Shown here piece after piece: positions 53,872 to 63,219 of a stretch of DNA of 64,000 bases. The DNA is taken from assembly GCA_038121105.1 (NCBI GenBank), contig JAYONB010000005.1:130274-194273 (forward strand), in the 5' to 3' direction. This DNA comes from Alphaproteobacteria bacterium. GTDB taxonomy: Bacteria > Pseudomonadota > Alphaproteobacteria > SHVP01. Each line of letters starts with the position of its first letter. Within the stretch, counting starts at the first letter, position 1. A program made the position numbers and the translations under genes. A model generated the notes under the pieces. The model saw nothing but the letters and a program-made list of their open reading frames with translations, searched no databases and was not told the DNA's origin.

Positions 53872-54186
53872 ATGGCAAGCACGGACAAAACAACTGAGAT
53901 CGAGGCCGCCGCATTCCGTCGGTTACTTCAGCACCTGCGCGATCATCCTGAGGTGCAGAACATCGAGCTGATGGGCCTCGCAGATTTTTGCCGGAATTGC
54001 CTGGCCAAATGGTATGTCGCTGCGGCGGAAGAGCAGGGTACGTCGATCGACTATGACGGTGCGCGCGAGATCGTCTACGGCATGCCCTACAGCGAGTGGA
54101 AGGCCAAGCACCAAACCGAAGCGACGCCTGAGCAACTCGCAAAATTCGAAGCCCATAAGGCCGCCGAGGAAGCGTCGGGCTCTTAA
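53872..54186 (+). CDS. DUF1244-like protein
   Basis: 104 aa (..EAAAFRRLLQHLRDHPEVQNIELMGLADFCRNCLAKWY...). Family assignment is from memory. Confidence 0.65.
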   Translation: MASTDKTTEIEAAAFRRLLQHLRDHPEVQNIELMGLADFCRNCLAKWYVAAAEEQGTSIDYDGAREIVYGMPYSEWKAKHQTEATPEQLAKFEAHKAAEEASGS

Positions 54187-54224
54187 CGACACCCTAGAAG
54201 CATGAGCAAGAGAGAACGTAAAGA

Positions 54225-54467
54225 ATGTCAGATTCAACAGTTGCAGCCGACCAATTGCGCTCGTTCGTGGAACGCATCGAGCGGTTAGAGGAAGAAAAAG
54301 CGGCGCTATCGTCGGACGTCCGCGAGGTCTATGCAGAGCTCAAGGCAACCGGTTTCGACCCCAAGACCGTTCGGCAGATCGTGCGGCTGCGAAAGCTGGA
54401 TACGAACGAGCTCCAAGAGCAAGAAGCGCTTCTCGATACCTACAAGTCGGCGCTCGGGATGGCGTAG
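54225..54467 (+). CDS. gapR: DUF2312 / GapR-like nucleoid-associated protein
   Basis: 80 aa. [50 protein letters not shown] closely matches the Caulobacter GapR core (...[42 protein letters not shown]). Confidence 0.75.
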   Translation: MSDSTVAADQLRSFVERIERLEEEKAALSSDVREVYAELKATGFDPKTVRQIVRLRKLDTNELQEQEALLDTYKSALGMA

Positions 54468-54475
54468 ACGCAGCC

Positions 54476-54691
54476 GTGCGTCTCTTCGTCTTCTTTCTTT
54501 GCGTAGGCGTTGCGATGGTCGCGGCCATTGTATTGGCGGTTCTCTACACGACCCGCGTCGGCGACGTTGACGTAAGCCTAGCCGGGATCATCGCGATGAT
54601 CGTCGGCATCGCGGTGACCTTTCTTGTTGGCGGTGGCCTTATGTTTCTCGTTTTCCTAAGTGGACGACGCGATCAAGGCGGGGATACCTAG
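54476..54691 (+). CDS. small two-TM membrane protein (hypothetical)
   Basis: 71 aa from a GTG start, or 58 aa from the ATG at 54515. Two hydrophobic helices (VAMVAAIVLAVLY; IIAMIVGIAVTFLVGGGLMFLVFL). Confidence 0.45.
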   Translation: MRLFVFFLCVGVAMVAAIVLAVLYTTRVGDVDVSLAGIIAMIVGIAVTFLVGGGLMFLVFLSGRRDQGGDT

Positions 54692-54702
54692 CGGGCGACC
54701 GC

Positions 54703-55416
54703 CTAAAACTTCTCCACCCACGGGCGTAGGTCCAATTCTTGGGTCCAGGCGCTGCGGTGCTGGCTGTGTAACTGGAAATAGCTTTCTGCGATCGCGTCGG
54801 GATCCAACATCGCATCGGGTGCGCGTTCTGCCGCAAGGTGTGCCTGCTTCGGCGTATGAATCTGGCCGTCTATATTAGCGTAGGCGACGTGAATCCCTTT
54901 CGGGCCAAGTTCTCGGGCCATGCTCTGCGCCAGGGCCCGTAGCCCGAATTTGCCGATTGCAAATCCGGCAAAACCAGAGCTGCCCCGCATGCCCGACGTC
55001 GCGCCGGTAAAGAGAATGGTCCCCTCGCCCTGCGGCACCATGCGTTTGGCGGCCTCGCGACCGAGGAGGAATCCGCCAAGGCACGAGACCTTCCATGCGT
55101 TCATGACGTAATCGGTCTTGAGGTCGAGAATGCTTCCTTTGACACGCCCGCTGGCGTTGTAGACCGCAACCCCCAACGGCCCGAGGTCGGTCACCGTCTT
55201 CTCGACCAAATTTACGACGGCCGCCTCGTCCGTGGCGTCGGTCGGTATCGCGATGGCCTTGCCGCCAGCCTGTTTGATTTCGTCGACCAATGGGTCCAGG
55301 TGATCTGCGCTTCGCGCACCGACCGCGATGGCATAGCCGGCCCTGGCAAACCGCCGGGCGACCGAGGCGCCGGTACTCGGGCCGAGACCCAATACGATGC
55401 AGCTTTTGTTCGTCAT
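54703..55416 (-). CDS. SDR family oxidoreductase
   Basis: 237 aa with the TGxxxGxG-type motif (VLGLGPSTGASVARRF) and a YxxxK region. Confidence 0.8.
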   Translation of the reverse strand: MTNKSCIVLGLGPSTGASVARRFARAGYAIAVGARSADHLDPLVDEIKQAGGKAIAIPTDATDEAAVVNLVEKTVTDLGPLGVAVYNASGRVKGSILDLKTDYVMNAWKVSCLGGFLLGREAAKRMVPQGEGTILFTGATSGMRGSSGFAGFAIGKFGLRALAQSMARELGPKGIHVAYANIDGQIHTPKQAHLAAERAPDAMLDPDAIAESYFQLHSQHRSAWTQELDLRPWVEKF

Positions 55417-55442
55417 CTTTCCTCGCGATGTTGGGTGTGCAG

Positions 55443-58400
55443 CTACTCTGCCGCTTGTGGTCGTCCCGGGAGATCGTTCAATGCGGACAAGAGCACGTCG
55501 CGTCGCTGGTATGCCGCATCAATGCTCTCGCTCTTGATCGGTCCGAAGCCGCGGATGTCGTTGGGTAGTTCGGCAAGAGCGATGGCGGTGGCATGGGTTC
55601 TAGGAGAAAGCTTCGTCGCCAACAGACCAATCATGTTCTCGTAGTCGTGGATCAACTGGCGCTCGCGCCGCCGCTCTTTCTGGTACCCGAACGGATCGAA
55701 AGGCGTGCCGCGCAGGCGTTTTAGCGCCGCCAGTATACGGAGACTCTTGAAGAGCCACGGCCCGAACGTCAATTTCTTGGGTCGACCGGTCGTTTCGTCG
55801 GGACGTGCAAGAAGCGGTGGGGCCAGATGCAGGTTTACCCGATAAGGCCCGACGAACTGCTGATCGAGAGCACGCCGAAATTCGGCGGTGCTGAACAGGC
55901 GCGCGACCTCGTATTCATCCTTGTATGCCATCAGTTTGAAAAGACCCTTGGCAACCGCCGTGGCGAAGCCGGTTTCTCCAGGCATCTTTTCCGCCTCTGC
56001 CGCTTGGGCCCGTCTGACGACCAGTCGGTAGCGTTCGGCGTAGGCATGATCTTGGTAGGCGGTCAGGAAATCCGCGCGCCTTTCGACAATGGAGTGGGCC
56101 GTTTCCGCAAGTGGCGGCGCTTCGGCGTGGCGGTCCAGGGCCACCACGCCAGGGTCTGCGGCGGTCAGTCGGCCGAGCGCGAAGGCGCGTTTGTTGGTGT
56201 CGACCGAAACGCCGTTGAGTTCGATGGCGCGGATCAATGACTGCAACGAAACCGGGATGTCGCCGCGTTGGAAGGTAAGACCCAAGAGGAACATGTTCGT
56301 CGTGATAGAATCGCCAAAGAACCGTGTTCCAATGGCCGTCGCATCGATGAATTGGGTATGGGAATCGCTGGCGGCGAGGGTGATTTCGGCCCGCAACCGA
56401 TCCGCCTGCAAATCGAAATCGCGGTCCAGGGTAAAATCGGCGGTCGGTGTTTCGTGGCTATTGATCAGCGCGCGAGTGCGGCCGTTCTCGATGGTTGCGA
56501 TAACGTCCGGGCTCGCGGCAACGACGAGGTCGACTCCGAGAATAAGGTCAGCGGCGCCGACATCGATCCGAACCGCGTTTAGGTCTTCCGGGCGTTCGGC
56601 GATGCGAACGTGGCTCGTCACTGCACCGCCCTTTTGCGCTAGCCCGGTTTGATCGATGACGGTGACGCCCTTGCCGTCGAGGTGGGCCGCCATGCCGATC
56701 AGGGCGCCAATCGTGATAACACCCGTCCCGCCCACACCGGTGATCACAATGCCCGCAGGTTTCTCAAGAACCGATGGAGTCGGTGGGGCAAGCGATGAGA
56801 CCCGTTCAAGTTCCGGTAAAGCGCGTTCGTCTTGGCGTAGGGTGCCGCCATGGATCGTCACGAAACTTGGGCAAAATCCGTCGAGACACGAGAAGTCTTT
56901 GTTGCACGATGATTGATCGATCGCCCGCTTACGACCGAACTCGGTTTCTACCGGCACGACAGAAAGGCAGTTGGATTGCACCGAGCAGTCGCCGCAGCCT
57001 TCGCAGACCAATTCGTTGATGAAGATCCGCTTGGCAGGGTCGGGGAACGTGCCGCGTTTGCGTCGCCGGCGTTTCTCGGCCGCGCAGGTTTGATCGTAGA
57101 TCATCACGCTGACGCCCGGCACCGCGCGCAACTCGCGCTGTATCGGGTCGAGGTGATCTCGGTGATGAATCGTGGTGCCGTGGGGGAAAGCGGCCGGGCT
57201 CGCGTATTTCTCCGGCTCGTCGGATACCACGGCAATGCGCTCGACGCCTTCCGCGGACACCAGGCGCGCCATGCGTTCGACGCTGGGGCTTCCATCCGGT
57301 GCCTGGCCACCGGTCATCGCAACGGCGTCGTTGTAGAGAATCTTGTATGTGATGTTCACCCCGGCGGCGACGGCTTGCCGAATGGCCAAGCTTCCGGAGT
57401 GAACAAAAGTGCCGTCCCCGATATTGGCGAACACATGTTCGGTCCGCGTAAACGGCGCCTGTCCGACCCAGGCGGCACCCTCGCCACCCATTTGGCTGAA
57501 CGTTGCGGTTTGACGGTCCATCGACATCGCCATGTAGTGACACCCGATCCCGGCGAGGGCTCGGCTTCCCGAGGGAATTTTGGTAGATCGATTGTGCGGG
57601 CAGCCCGAACAAAAATACGGCGATCGAATGTTCACCGGCACCTGATTGCGCCGTTGTTCGCCACGCGCAGCAAGATAATCCAAGCGGTCGCGGATCGGCC
57701 CACTTCTGGTCATCCGAAGGATCCGATTGCCGATCAGAGTGGCGACCTCGCTCGGCGTCAGAATGCCGGCGGTGCAAAGCACCCGGCGCCCCTCTTCATC
57801 GAATTTGCCAATCACGCGTGGACGCTGTGCCCCGGGAAGATCGTAAAGCTGTGCTTTAACTTGATCTTCCAGAAGCGGGCGCTTTTCCTCGACGACAAGG
57901 ATTTCCTCAAGACCACGCGCAAAAGCTCTAAGTCCGTCGCCATCGAGAGGCCAACTCATCCCAATCTTGAAAACGCGAATGCCGAGCGCGGCGGCTTGCC
58001 TGTCATCGACGCCCAGGCTTTCTAGCGCCTGCCGGACATCGAGATAGGCCTTGCCGGTCGTGATGATTCCCAGTCTTGGCTGCGGCGAGTCGATTACGAT
58101 CCGATCGAAACTATTGGCCCGGGCGAATGCCTTGATCGCGTAGCGCTTGTAGTCGTGGAGACGCGCCTCTTGTTCAAGAGGCGTGTCCGGCCACCGAATG
58201 TTGAGGCCCCCTGGCGGCATGTCGAAGTCGGTCGGGGTCTTGATGTCGAGGCGGTGCGGGTCCACCAGAACGCTCGCCGAACTTTCGACGGTATCGCCAA
58301 CGGCGGTAAAACCGACCCAGGTCCCGGCGTAACGCGACATCGCCCAACCCAGCAATCCAAAGTCGATGTAGTCCTGAACGCTTGCCGGATTGATGACCGG

Positions 58401-58916
58401 CAACATCGCGGCGACGAGGCCGTGGTCGCTTTGGTGTGCAAGTGTCGAGGAAACGGCTCCGTGGTCGTCGCCGGCAAGCACCAAGACGCCCCCGTTCGGC
58501 GCAGTGCCGGCAGATGTGCCGTGCTTGATCGCGTCAAGCGCGCGGTCCAAGCCAGGGCCCTTGCCGTACCAGATCGCGAATACCCCGTCGTAGAGTGCAC
58601 CCTCGAACAAGTTGGTCTGCTGCGTTCCCCACACGGCCGTGGCGGCAAGTTCCTCGTTGATCCCGGGCTGGAAGTGGATGTGATGCGCGTCGAGGTGCTT
58701 CTTGGCACGCCACAGATTGAGGTCGTAAACGCCCAGCGGCGATCCTCGATAGCCGGAAATGAAGCCCGCGGTGTTGAGATTGGCGCGTAGGTCGCGTTGG
58801 CGCTGCATCATGGGCAGGCGGATGAGCGCTTGAGTGCCGGTCAAATAGACCCGGCCAGATTCAACCGTGTATTTGTCGTCGAGGGTTGGTGCGACCGTCA
58901 TCGAATCCGCTTCCAC
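55443..58916 (-). CDS. indolepyruvate ferredoxin oxidoreductase family protein (fused IorA/IorB)
   Basis: 1157 aa with a TPP-binding region and ferredoxin-like Cys clusters (CEGCGDCSVQSNC; CSGCPHN). Confidence 0.9.
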   Translation of the reverse strand: MEADSMTVAPTLDDKYTVESGRVYLTGTQALIRLPMMQRQRDLRANLNTAGFISGYRGSPLGVYDLNLWRAKKHLDAHHIHFQPGINEELAATAVWGTQQTNLFEGALYDGVFAIWYGKGPGLDRALDAIKHGTSAGTAPNGGVLVLAGDDHGAVSSTLAHQSDHGLVAAMLPVINPASVQDYIDFGLLGWAMSRYAGTWVGFTAVGDTVESSASVLVDPHRLDIKTPTDFDMPPGGLNIRWPDTPLEQEARLHDYKRYAIKAFARANSFDRIVIDSPQPRLGIITTGKAYLDVRQALESLGVDDRQAAALGIRVFKIGMSWPLDGDGLRAFARGLEEILVVEEKRPLLEDQVKAQLYDLPGAQRPRVIGKFDEEGRRVLCTAGILTPSEVATLIGNRILRMTRSGPIRDRLDYLAARGEQRRNQVPVNIRSPYFCSGCPHNRSTKIPSGSRALAGIGCHYMAMSMDRQTATFSQMGGEGAAWVGQAPFTRTEHVFANIGDGTFVHSGSLAIRQAVAAGVNITYKILYNDAVAMTGGQAPDGSPSVERMARLVSAEGVERIAVVSDEPEKYASPAAFPHGTTIHHRDHLDPIQRELRAVPGVSVMIYDQTCAAEKRRRRKRGTFPDPAKRIFINELVCEGCGDCSVQSNCLSVVPVETEFGRKRAIDQSSCNKDFSCLDGFCPSFVTIHGGTLRQDERALPELERVSSLAPPTPSVLEKPAGIVITGVGGTGVITIGALIGMAAHLDGKGVTVIDQTGLAQKGGAVTSHVRIAERPEDLNAVRIDVGAADLILGVDLVVAASPDVIATIENGRTRALINSHETPTADFTLDRDFDLQADRLRAEITLAASDSHTQFIDATAIGTRFFGDSITTNMFLLGLTFQRGDIPVSLQSLIRAIELNGVSVDTNKRAFALGRLTAADPGVVALDRHAEAPPLAETAHSIVERRADFLTAYQDHAYAERYRLVVRRAQAAEAEKMPGETGFATAVAKGLFKLMAYKDEYEVARLFSTAEFRRALDQQFVGPYRVNLHLAPPLLARPDETTGRPKKLTFGPWLFKSLRILAALKRLRGTPFDPFGYQKERRRERQLIHDYENMIGLLATKLSPRTHATAIALAELPNDIRGFGPIKSESIDAAYQRRDVLLSALNDLPGRPQAAE

Positions 58917-59067
58917 CCAATTTAGGTAAGGACTATTGACTGTTCTTGCAATAGGTTGTCCATCTTCAGATTGTACCGGGGCGCAGGTGACAAGGCCCGC
59001 ACGGTCACGTGATTTCGCGGAACGGCGGCGCTAAGGTGCGCGCCTCAATGAGGACAAGAAGTTTGGT

Positions 59068-60036
59068 ATGGCAATTGTCGTTACCGGTGCGGCTGGGTTT
59101 ATAGGCTTCCACGTCTGTCAAAGGCTGCTCGCGCGGGGCGAGCAGGTGATCGGCGTCGATTCGGTCAATGACTACTACGATCCGGCCTTGAAAGAGGCGC
59201 GACTTGCCCAGTTATCCGGCGAGAAAGCTTTCACTTTTCACCGTGCCGATATCGCGCACCATGAATGCTTTGACGCGTTGCAGCGCTACGATGTCGTGGG
59301 GATCGTGCATTTAGCGGCACAAGCGGGTGTTCGCTATTCGATCGACCACCCCTTCGCCTACGTCGAATCCAATCTCATCGGACACATGCGGGTGCTGGAG
59401 TATGCGCGGTCGCTAACCGATTTGAAGAATCTTGTTTATGCGAGTTCGAGTTCGGTTTACGGCGGGAACACCAAGTTGCCGTTCTCCGTCGATGATCGCG
59501 TCGATCAGCCGATCTCGCTCTACGCGGCGACGAAGCGCGCTGATGAAGCCTTAAGCTACTCCTACAGCCACCTCTACCGGATACCTCAAATAGGCCTGCG
59601 TTTCTTTACGGTCTACGGCCCCTGGGGTCGGCCGGATATGGCGATCTATCTTTTCACCCGTGCGATCGTCAACGACGAACCCATACGCGTGTTCAATAAT
59701 GGGGACATGTCGCGAGACTTTACGTTTATCGACGACATCGTCTCTGGCTTGGTGGCGGCGCTCGACCGCCCGCCCGTCGATGACGGCGACGCGCCGCACC
59801 GGGTCTACAATCTCGGCAACAACAGGCCAGAGCAATTGCTTGATTTGATCGAAACGCTCGAGACCGCACTGGGCAAGAAAGCCGAAAAGATTCTGGAACC
59901 CATGCAGCCGGGTGATGTGAAATCGACTTTTGCGGATATCGAGGCGAGTCGGCGCGATCTCGGCTTCGAGCCCACCGTGCCGATGTCCGTAGGAGTACCG
60001 AAATTCGTGGAGTGGTACCGCGCCTATCATGGTTGA
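59068..60036 (+). CDS. NAD-dependent epimerase/dehydratase (UDP-glucuronate 4-epimerase-like)
   Basis: 322 aa with VTGAAGFIGFHV Rossmann and YAATKRADE catalytic motifs. The stop overlaps the next gene's ATG (ATGGTTGA). Confidence 0.8.
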   Translation: MAIVVTGAAGFIGFHVCQRLLARGEQVIGVDSVNDYYDPALKEARLAQLSGEKAFTFHRADIAHHECFDALQRYDVVGIVHLAAQAGVRYSIDHPFAYVESNLIGHMRVLEYARSLTDLKNLVYASSSSVYGGNTKLPFSVDDRVDQPISLYAATKRADEALSYSYSHLYRIPQIGLRFFTVYGPWGRPDMAIYLFTRAIVNDEPIRVFNNGDMSRDFTFIDDIVSGLVAALDRPPVDDGDAPHRVYNLGNNRPEQLLDLIETLETALGKKAEKILEPMQPGDVKSTFADIEASRRDLGFEPTVPMSVGVPKFVEWYRAYHG

Positions 60037-60484
60037 TGGTGGCCAAGCAGTCCCCAGCGAACCGGCGATCGCGCTGGATATCATCAGCCAATTCGCCGCC
60101 GAGATTCCGTTTCTCAAGGCGATCTCGGCGTCGATCGAAAAATTGGAGCGTGGACGGTGCCGGTTATCGGCGCCATGGCAGAACCACTTGGTCGGCGACA
60201 CCTCGACCGGCATCTTGCATGGTGGCGTCATTACCACGTTGCTGGATTCAGCCTCCGGGACCGCGGTCTTTTCCGTCATACCGCGCGTCATGCAAATCGC
60301 TACGCTGGACTTGCGGATCGACTATTTGAGACCGGCGATGCCAAACGCCGACGTTTTCGCGGAAGCCGATTGTTACCGGCTCAGCAAAAACGTCGCTTTC
60401 GTTCGTGGGCGCGCCTTTCAGGATACCGACCGGGAAATCGCCAGCAGTCTGGCCACGTTCATGCTCGAATCGAGTTCATTGTAG
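60029..60484 (+). CDS. hotdog-fold (PaaI-like) thioesterase 1
   Basis: 151 aa with a PaaI-like motif (ILHGGVITTLLDSASGTAVF). Confidence 0.7.
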   Translation: MVDGGQAVPSEPAIALDIISQFAAEIPFLKAISASIEKLERGRCRLSAPWQNHLVGDTSTGILHGGVITTLLDSASGTAVFSVIPRVMQIATLDLRIDYLRPAMPNADVFAEADCYRLSKNVAFVRGRAFQDTDREIASSLATFMLESSSL

Positions 60485-60488
60485 CGTG

Positions 60489-60929
60489 ATGGAACAACGC
60501 CAAATCGACCAACTCCGCGACGCCAAGAATCGCAGCGCGCCACAAGACGTGGTGCGCGCCATTCCCTATCTCGAGTTTCTTGGGGTCACCGTGGAGGAAG
60601 AGCCCGGCGGCGTTCTCATCTGCCATCTTCCCTTTCAAGACAAGCTCGTTGGAAACCCGACCCTTCCGGCGATCCACGGTGGCGTTATCGGCGGGCTGTT
60701 GGAGAGCGTGGCGCTTCTCCAACTCATTTGGTCTCTCGACGCCCCGACACTGCCGCGTACGGTCAATACGTCGATCGACTACCTACGCAGCGGTCGGGCC
60801 AAAGATACCTTCGCCCGAGGACGAATCACCAAACAGGGTCGCCGCGTTGCCAACGTTCGCGCCGAGGCATGGCAAGACGATCCGGAAAGGCCGATCGCCG
60901 CGGCCCACGGGCACTTTCTTTTAGGCTAG
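60489..60929 (+). CDS. hotdog-fold (PaaI-like) thioesterase 2
   Basis: The start was moved to the ATG at 60489 (MEQRQIDQL...). Motif AIHGGVIGGLLESVALLQL. It is paralogous to the preceding gene. Confidence 0.7.
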   Translation: MEQRQIDQLRDAKNRSAPQDVVRAIPYLEFLGVTVEEEPGGVLICHLPFQDKLVGNPTLPAIHGGVIGGLLESVALLQLIWSLDAPTLPRTVNTSIDYLRSGRAKDTFARGRITKQGRRVANVRAEAWQDDPERPIAAAHGHFLLG

Positions 60930-60939
60930 GCGGGTTGGT

Positions 60940-62721
60940 TTGACCGAAAAAGACCCGAGCTACGCCTTACCTAAGTGGGACCTCAGCGATCTCTATGCCG
61001 GACCGGACGCTGCGGCGATCGAAGACGATCTAAGCACCACCGCCGCCGCCGCCAAGGCGTTTGAGGAAGCAAATCGAGGCAAGGTCGCAACCCTTTCGCC
61101 AGACGGTTTTGCCGAAGCCATCGCGCGTTACGAAAAGATTCAAGAGACCTTGGGGCGTCTTGCCAGCTACGCCCAACTCCTTCATGCCGGCGATTTGACC
61201 GACCCTGATACCTCGAAGTTCGCCCAGGACATTCGGGAACGGCTCAATGCCATTTCAATAGACCTGATTTTCTTCATACTGGAGATTAATCGTCTCGACG
61301 AGACAAAGGTCGCGGCTCTGTTGACTGGCGAGGCTGCGAAATACGAGCCTTGGATCGAAACCGTGCGGGCGCACCGTGAGCACGAACTTGCCGACGAGGT
61401 CGAAAAACTGTTTCACGAAAAGGCGGTCACGAGCTCCAGTGGCTGGTCCCGCCTTTTCGACGAAACCCTTGCCGCGTCGCGCTATCGGATCGGTGACGAT
61501 ACGCTCACGCTTGAAGAAACCCTTAATCTCCTGTCCGACCCGAATCGTGCGCGCCGGCGGCGCGCCGCGGAGTCGCTGACAGCGACGTTCGATAACAATG
61601 TGTCGCTATTCGCATTAATCACCAACGTTCTGGCGAAAGATAAAGAGATCGAGGATCGGTGGCGGCAGTTTTCCGAACCTCCTGATTCGCGCCATCTCGC
61701 GAACCTCGTCGAGCCCGAAGTCGTCGATGCATTGGAGACGGCTGTCTTTGAGTCCTATGGGCGCACCGCCCATCGTTACTACGCCCTCAAAGCCCGGTGG
61801 CTGGGCCTGGAAAAACTGGAGCATTTCGACCGCAACGCGCCGTTGCCCCAGGCCGACGAGCACCCGATCGGGTGGGACGACGCCCGGACCATCGTGCTGG
61901 ACGCCTACGGGCGTTTTTCGGGCGACCTTCGAGAGATCGGGACGAGGTTCTTCGACAACCCGTGGATCGACGCGGCTCCCCGGCCCGGTAAGGCGCCCGG
62001 GGCCTTTGCCCATCCGACCGTGCCCTCGGCGCATCCCTATTTGCTGCTCAACTACCAAGGCAAGGTGCGGGATGTGATGACGTTGGCCCACGAACTCGGA
62101 CACGGTGTGCATCAGGTTCTCGCGGGTCATAACGGCACACTTATGGCGGATACACCTCTCACCTTGGCCGAGACGGCGTCGGTGTTTGGCGAGCAATTGG
62201 TGTTTCGGTCGATGCTCGAGACTCAAACCGATCCGACACGGCGCAAGCACATGCTTGCGTCCAAAGTCGAGGACATGATCAATACCGTGGTCCGCCAAAT
62301 CTCGTTCTACCGCTTCGAAAAAGCGGTCCATAGCGCGCGGCGTGACGGCGAACTGACGCTGGCGCAGTTAGGCGACCTGTGGCTTGAGTCGCAAACCGAA
62401 AGCCTGGGGCCCGCGATCCATTTGGGCCCCGAATACCGAAACTACTGGACCTACATTCCTCATTTCATTCACGCCCCCTTCTATGTCTACGCATACGCTT
62501 TTGGGGACTGCCTTGTGAATGCGCTGTACGCCGTGTACCAGACGGCCGAGGCGGGGTTTCAAGAGCGCTACCTCGACATGCTGCGCGCGGGGGGCACCAA
62601 GCGGCACCGCGATCTTCTATTGCCCTTCGGATTGGATGCATCTGAGCCGGCGTTCTGGCATCGTGGCCTTGATCTTATTTCTGGGTTCATTGACGACTTG
62701 GAGGAGATGGACGCCGCATGA
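60940..62721 (+). CDS. M3 family oligoendopeptidase (PepF-like)
   Basis: 593 aa with the HEXXH zinc motif (LAHELGHGVHQ) and an M3B-like architecture. Confidence 0.85.
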   Translation: MTEKDPSYALPKWDLSDLYAGPDAAAIEDDLSTTAAAAKAFEEANRGKVATLSPDGFAEAIARYEKIQETLGRLASYAQLLHAGDLTDPDTSKFAQDIRERLNAISIDLIFFILEINRLDETKVAALLTGEAAKYEPWIETVRAHREHELADEVEKLFHEKAVTSSSGWSRLFDETLAASRYRIGDDTLTLEETLNLLSDPNRARRRRAAESLTATFDNNVSLFALITNVLAKDKEIEDRWRQFSEPPDSRHLANLVEPEVVDALETAVFESYGRTAHRYYALKARWLGLEKLEHFDRNAPLPQADEHPIGWDDARTIVLDAYGRFSGDLREIGTRFFDNPWIDAAPRPGKAPGAFAHPTVPSAHPYLLLNYQGKVRDVMTLAHELGHGVHQVLAGHNGTLMADTPLTLAETASVFGEQLVFRSMLETQTDPTRRKHMLASKVEDMINTVVRQISFYRFEKAVHSARRDGELTLAQLGDLWLESQTESLGPAIHLGPEYRNYWTYIPHFIHAPFYVYAYAFGDCLVNALYAVYQTAEAGFQERYLDMLRAGGTKRHRDLLLPFGLDASEPAFWHRGLDLISGFIDDLEEMDAA

Positions 62722-62957
62722 TCGAGAAAGGCTCGACGGAGTATGCAATCCTGGTTGCGCTGTGCGATATGCCGCGCCCCGTACGAGGGATGTCCGAAGC
62801 CATGTTGCTCCGAAACTATCGATCGTCGCGAGCGATTCGCGCGCTCTCCGAACAGGGTTTGATCAAGCGGCGCGGCTGGCATGACGGGCCGGGCGGGATT
62901 TGGGTGCCGACCAGCGAGGGCGAGGCTATGGTTCTTGAGAAAGAACCGGGTCGGTAA
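62718..62957 (+). CDS. small hypothetical protein, winged-helix-like
   Basis: 79 aa (MIEKGSTEYAILVALCDMPRPVRGMSEAMLLRNYRSSRAIRALSEQGLIKRR...). ATGA overlap with the M3 peptidase gene. Confidence 0.5.
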   Translation: MIEKGSTEYAILVALCDMPRPVRGMSEAMLLRNYRSSRAIRALSEQGLIKRRGWHDGPGGIWVPTSEGEAMVLEKEPGR

Positions 62958-63026
62958 TGCGTTAGGTCAATTTTGTGCGCGGCGGGAGTCTGCTATAAGA
63001 CCCTCGCCAGAATGTTAAGGAGCGGC

Positions 63027-63155
63027 CATGGCTGACGAGCAACAGATTGATCTGCCCCAGAAACAGCAAACTTGGGCTGGATTTACGCGTTTGGTGCAAT
63101 GGTCATGCGGGCTCAGTGTCGTGACGCTGGGCCTCATGGCAATCTTTCTTCTTTA
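63027..63155 (+). CDS. aa3-type cytochrome oxidase subunit IV-like small membrane protein (42 aa), not in ORF track
   Basis: MADEQQIDLPQKQQTWAGFTRLVQWSCGLSVVTLGLMAIFLL, with AAGGAG 7 nt upstream. The QQxTWxGFxxxxxW + TM pattern matches the bacterial CoxIV small-subunit family, which is often found immediately upstream of pntA in alphaproteobacteria. Confidence 0.6.
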
Positions 63156-63219
63156 GGTGGCCAGGCCAAGCGTGGCGGCACCGGCCACACCCGGACCTAC
63201 CGGTTAGATCGCACCCAGG

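Noticed and set aside
56913-58025. 370-aa plus-strand ORF inside the IOR gene
   Set aside because: It is antisense to a 1157-aa gene with strong family motifs. No independent start signal or conservation is visible.
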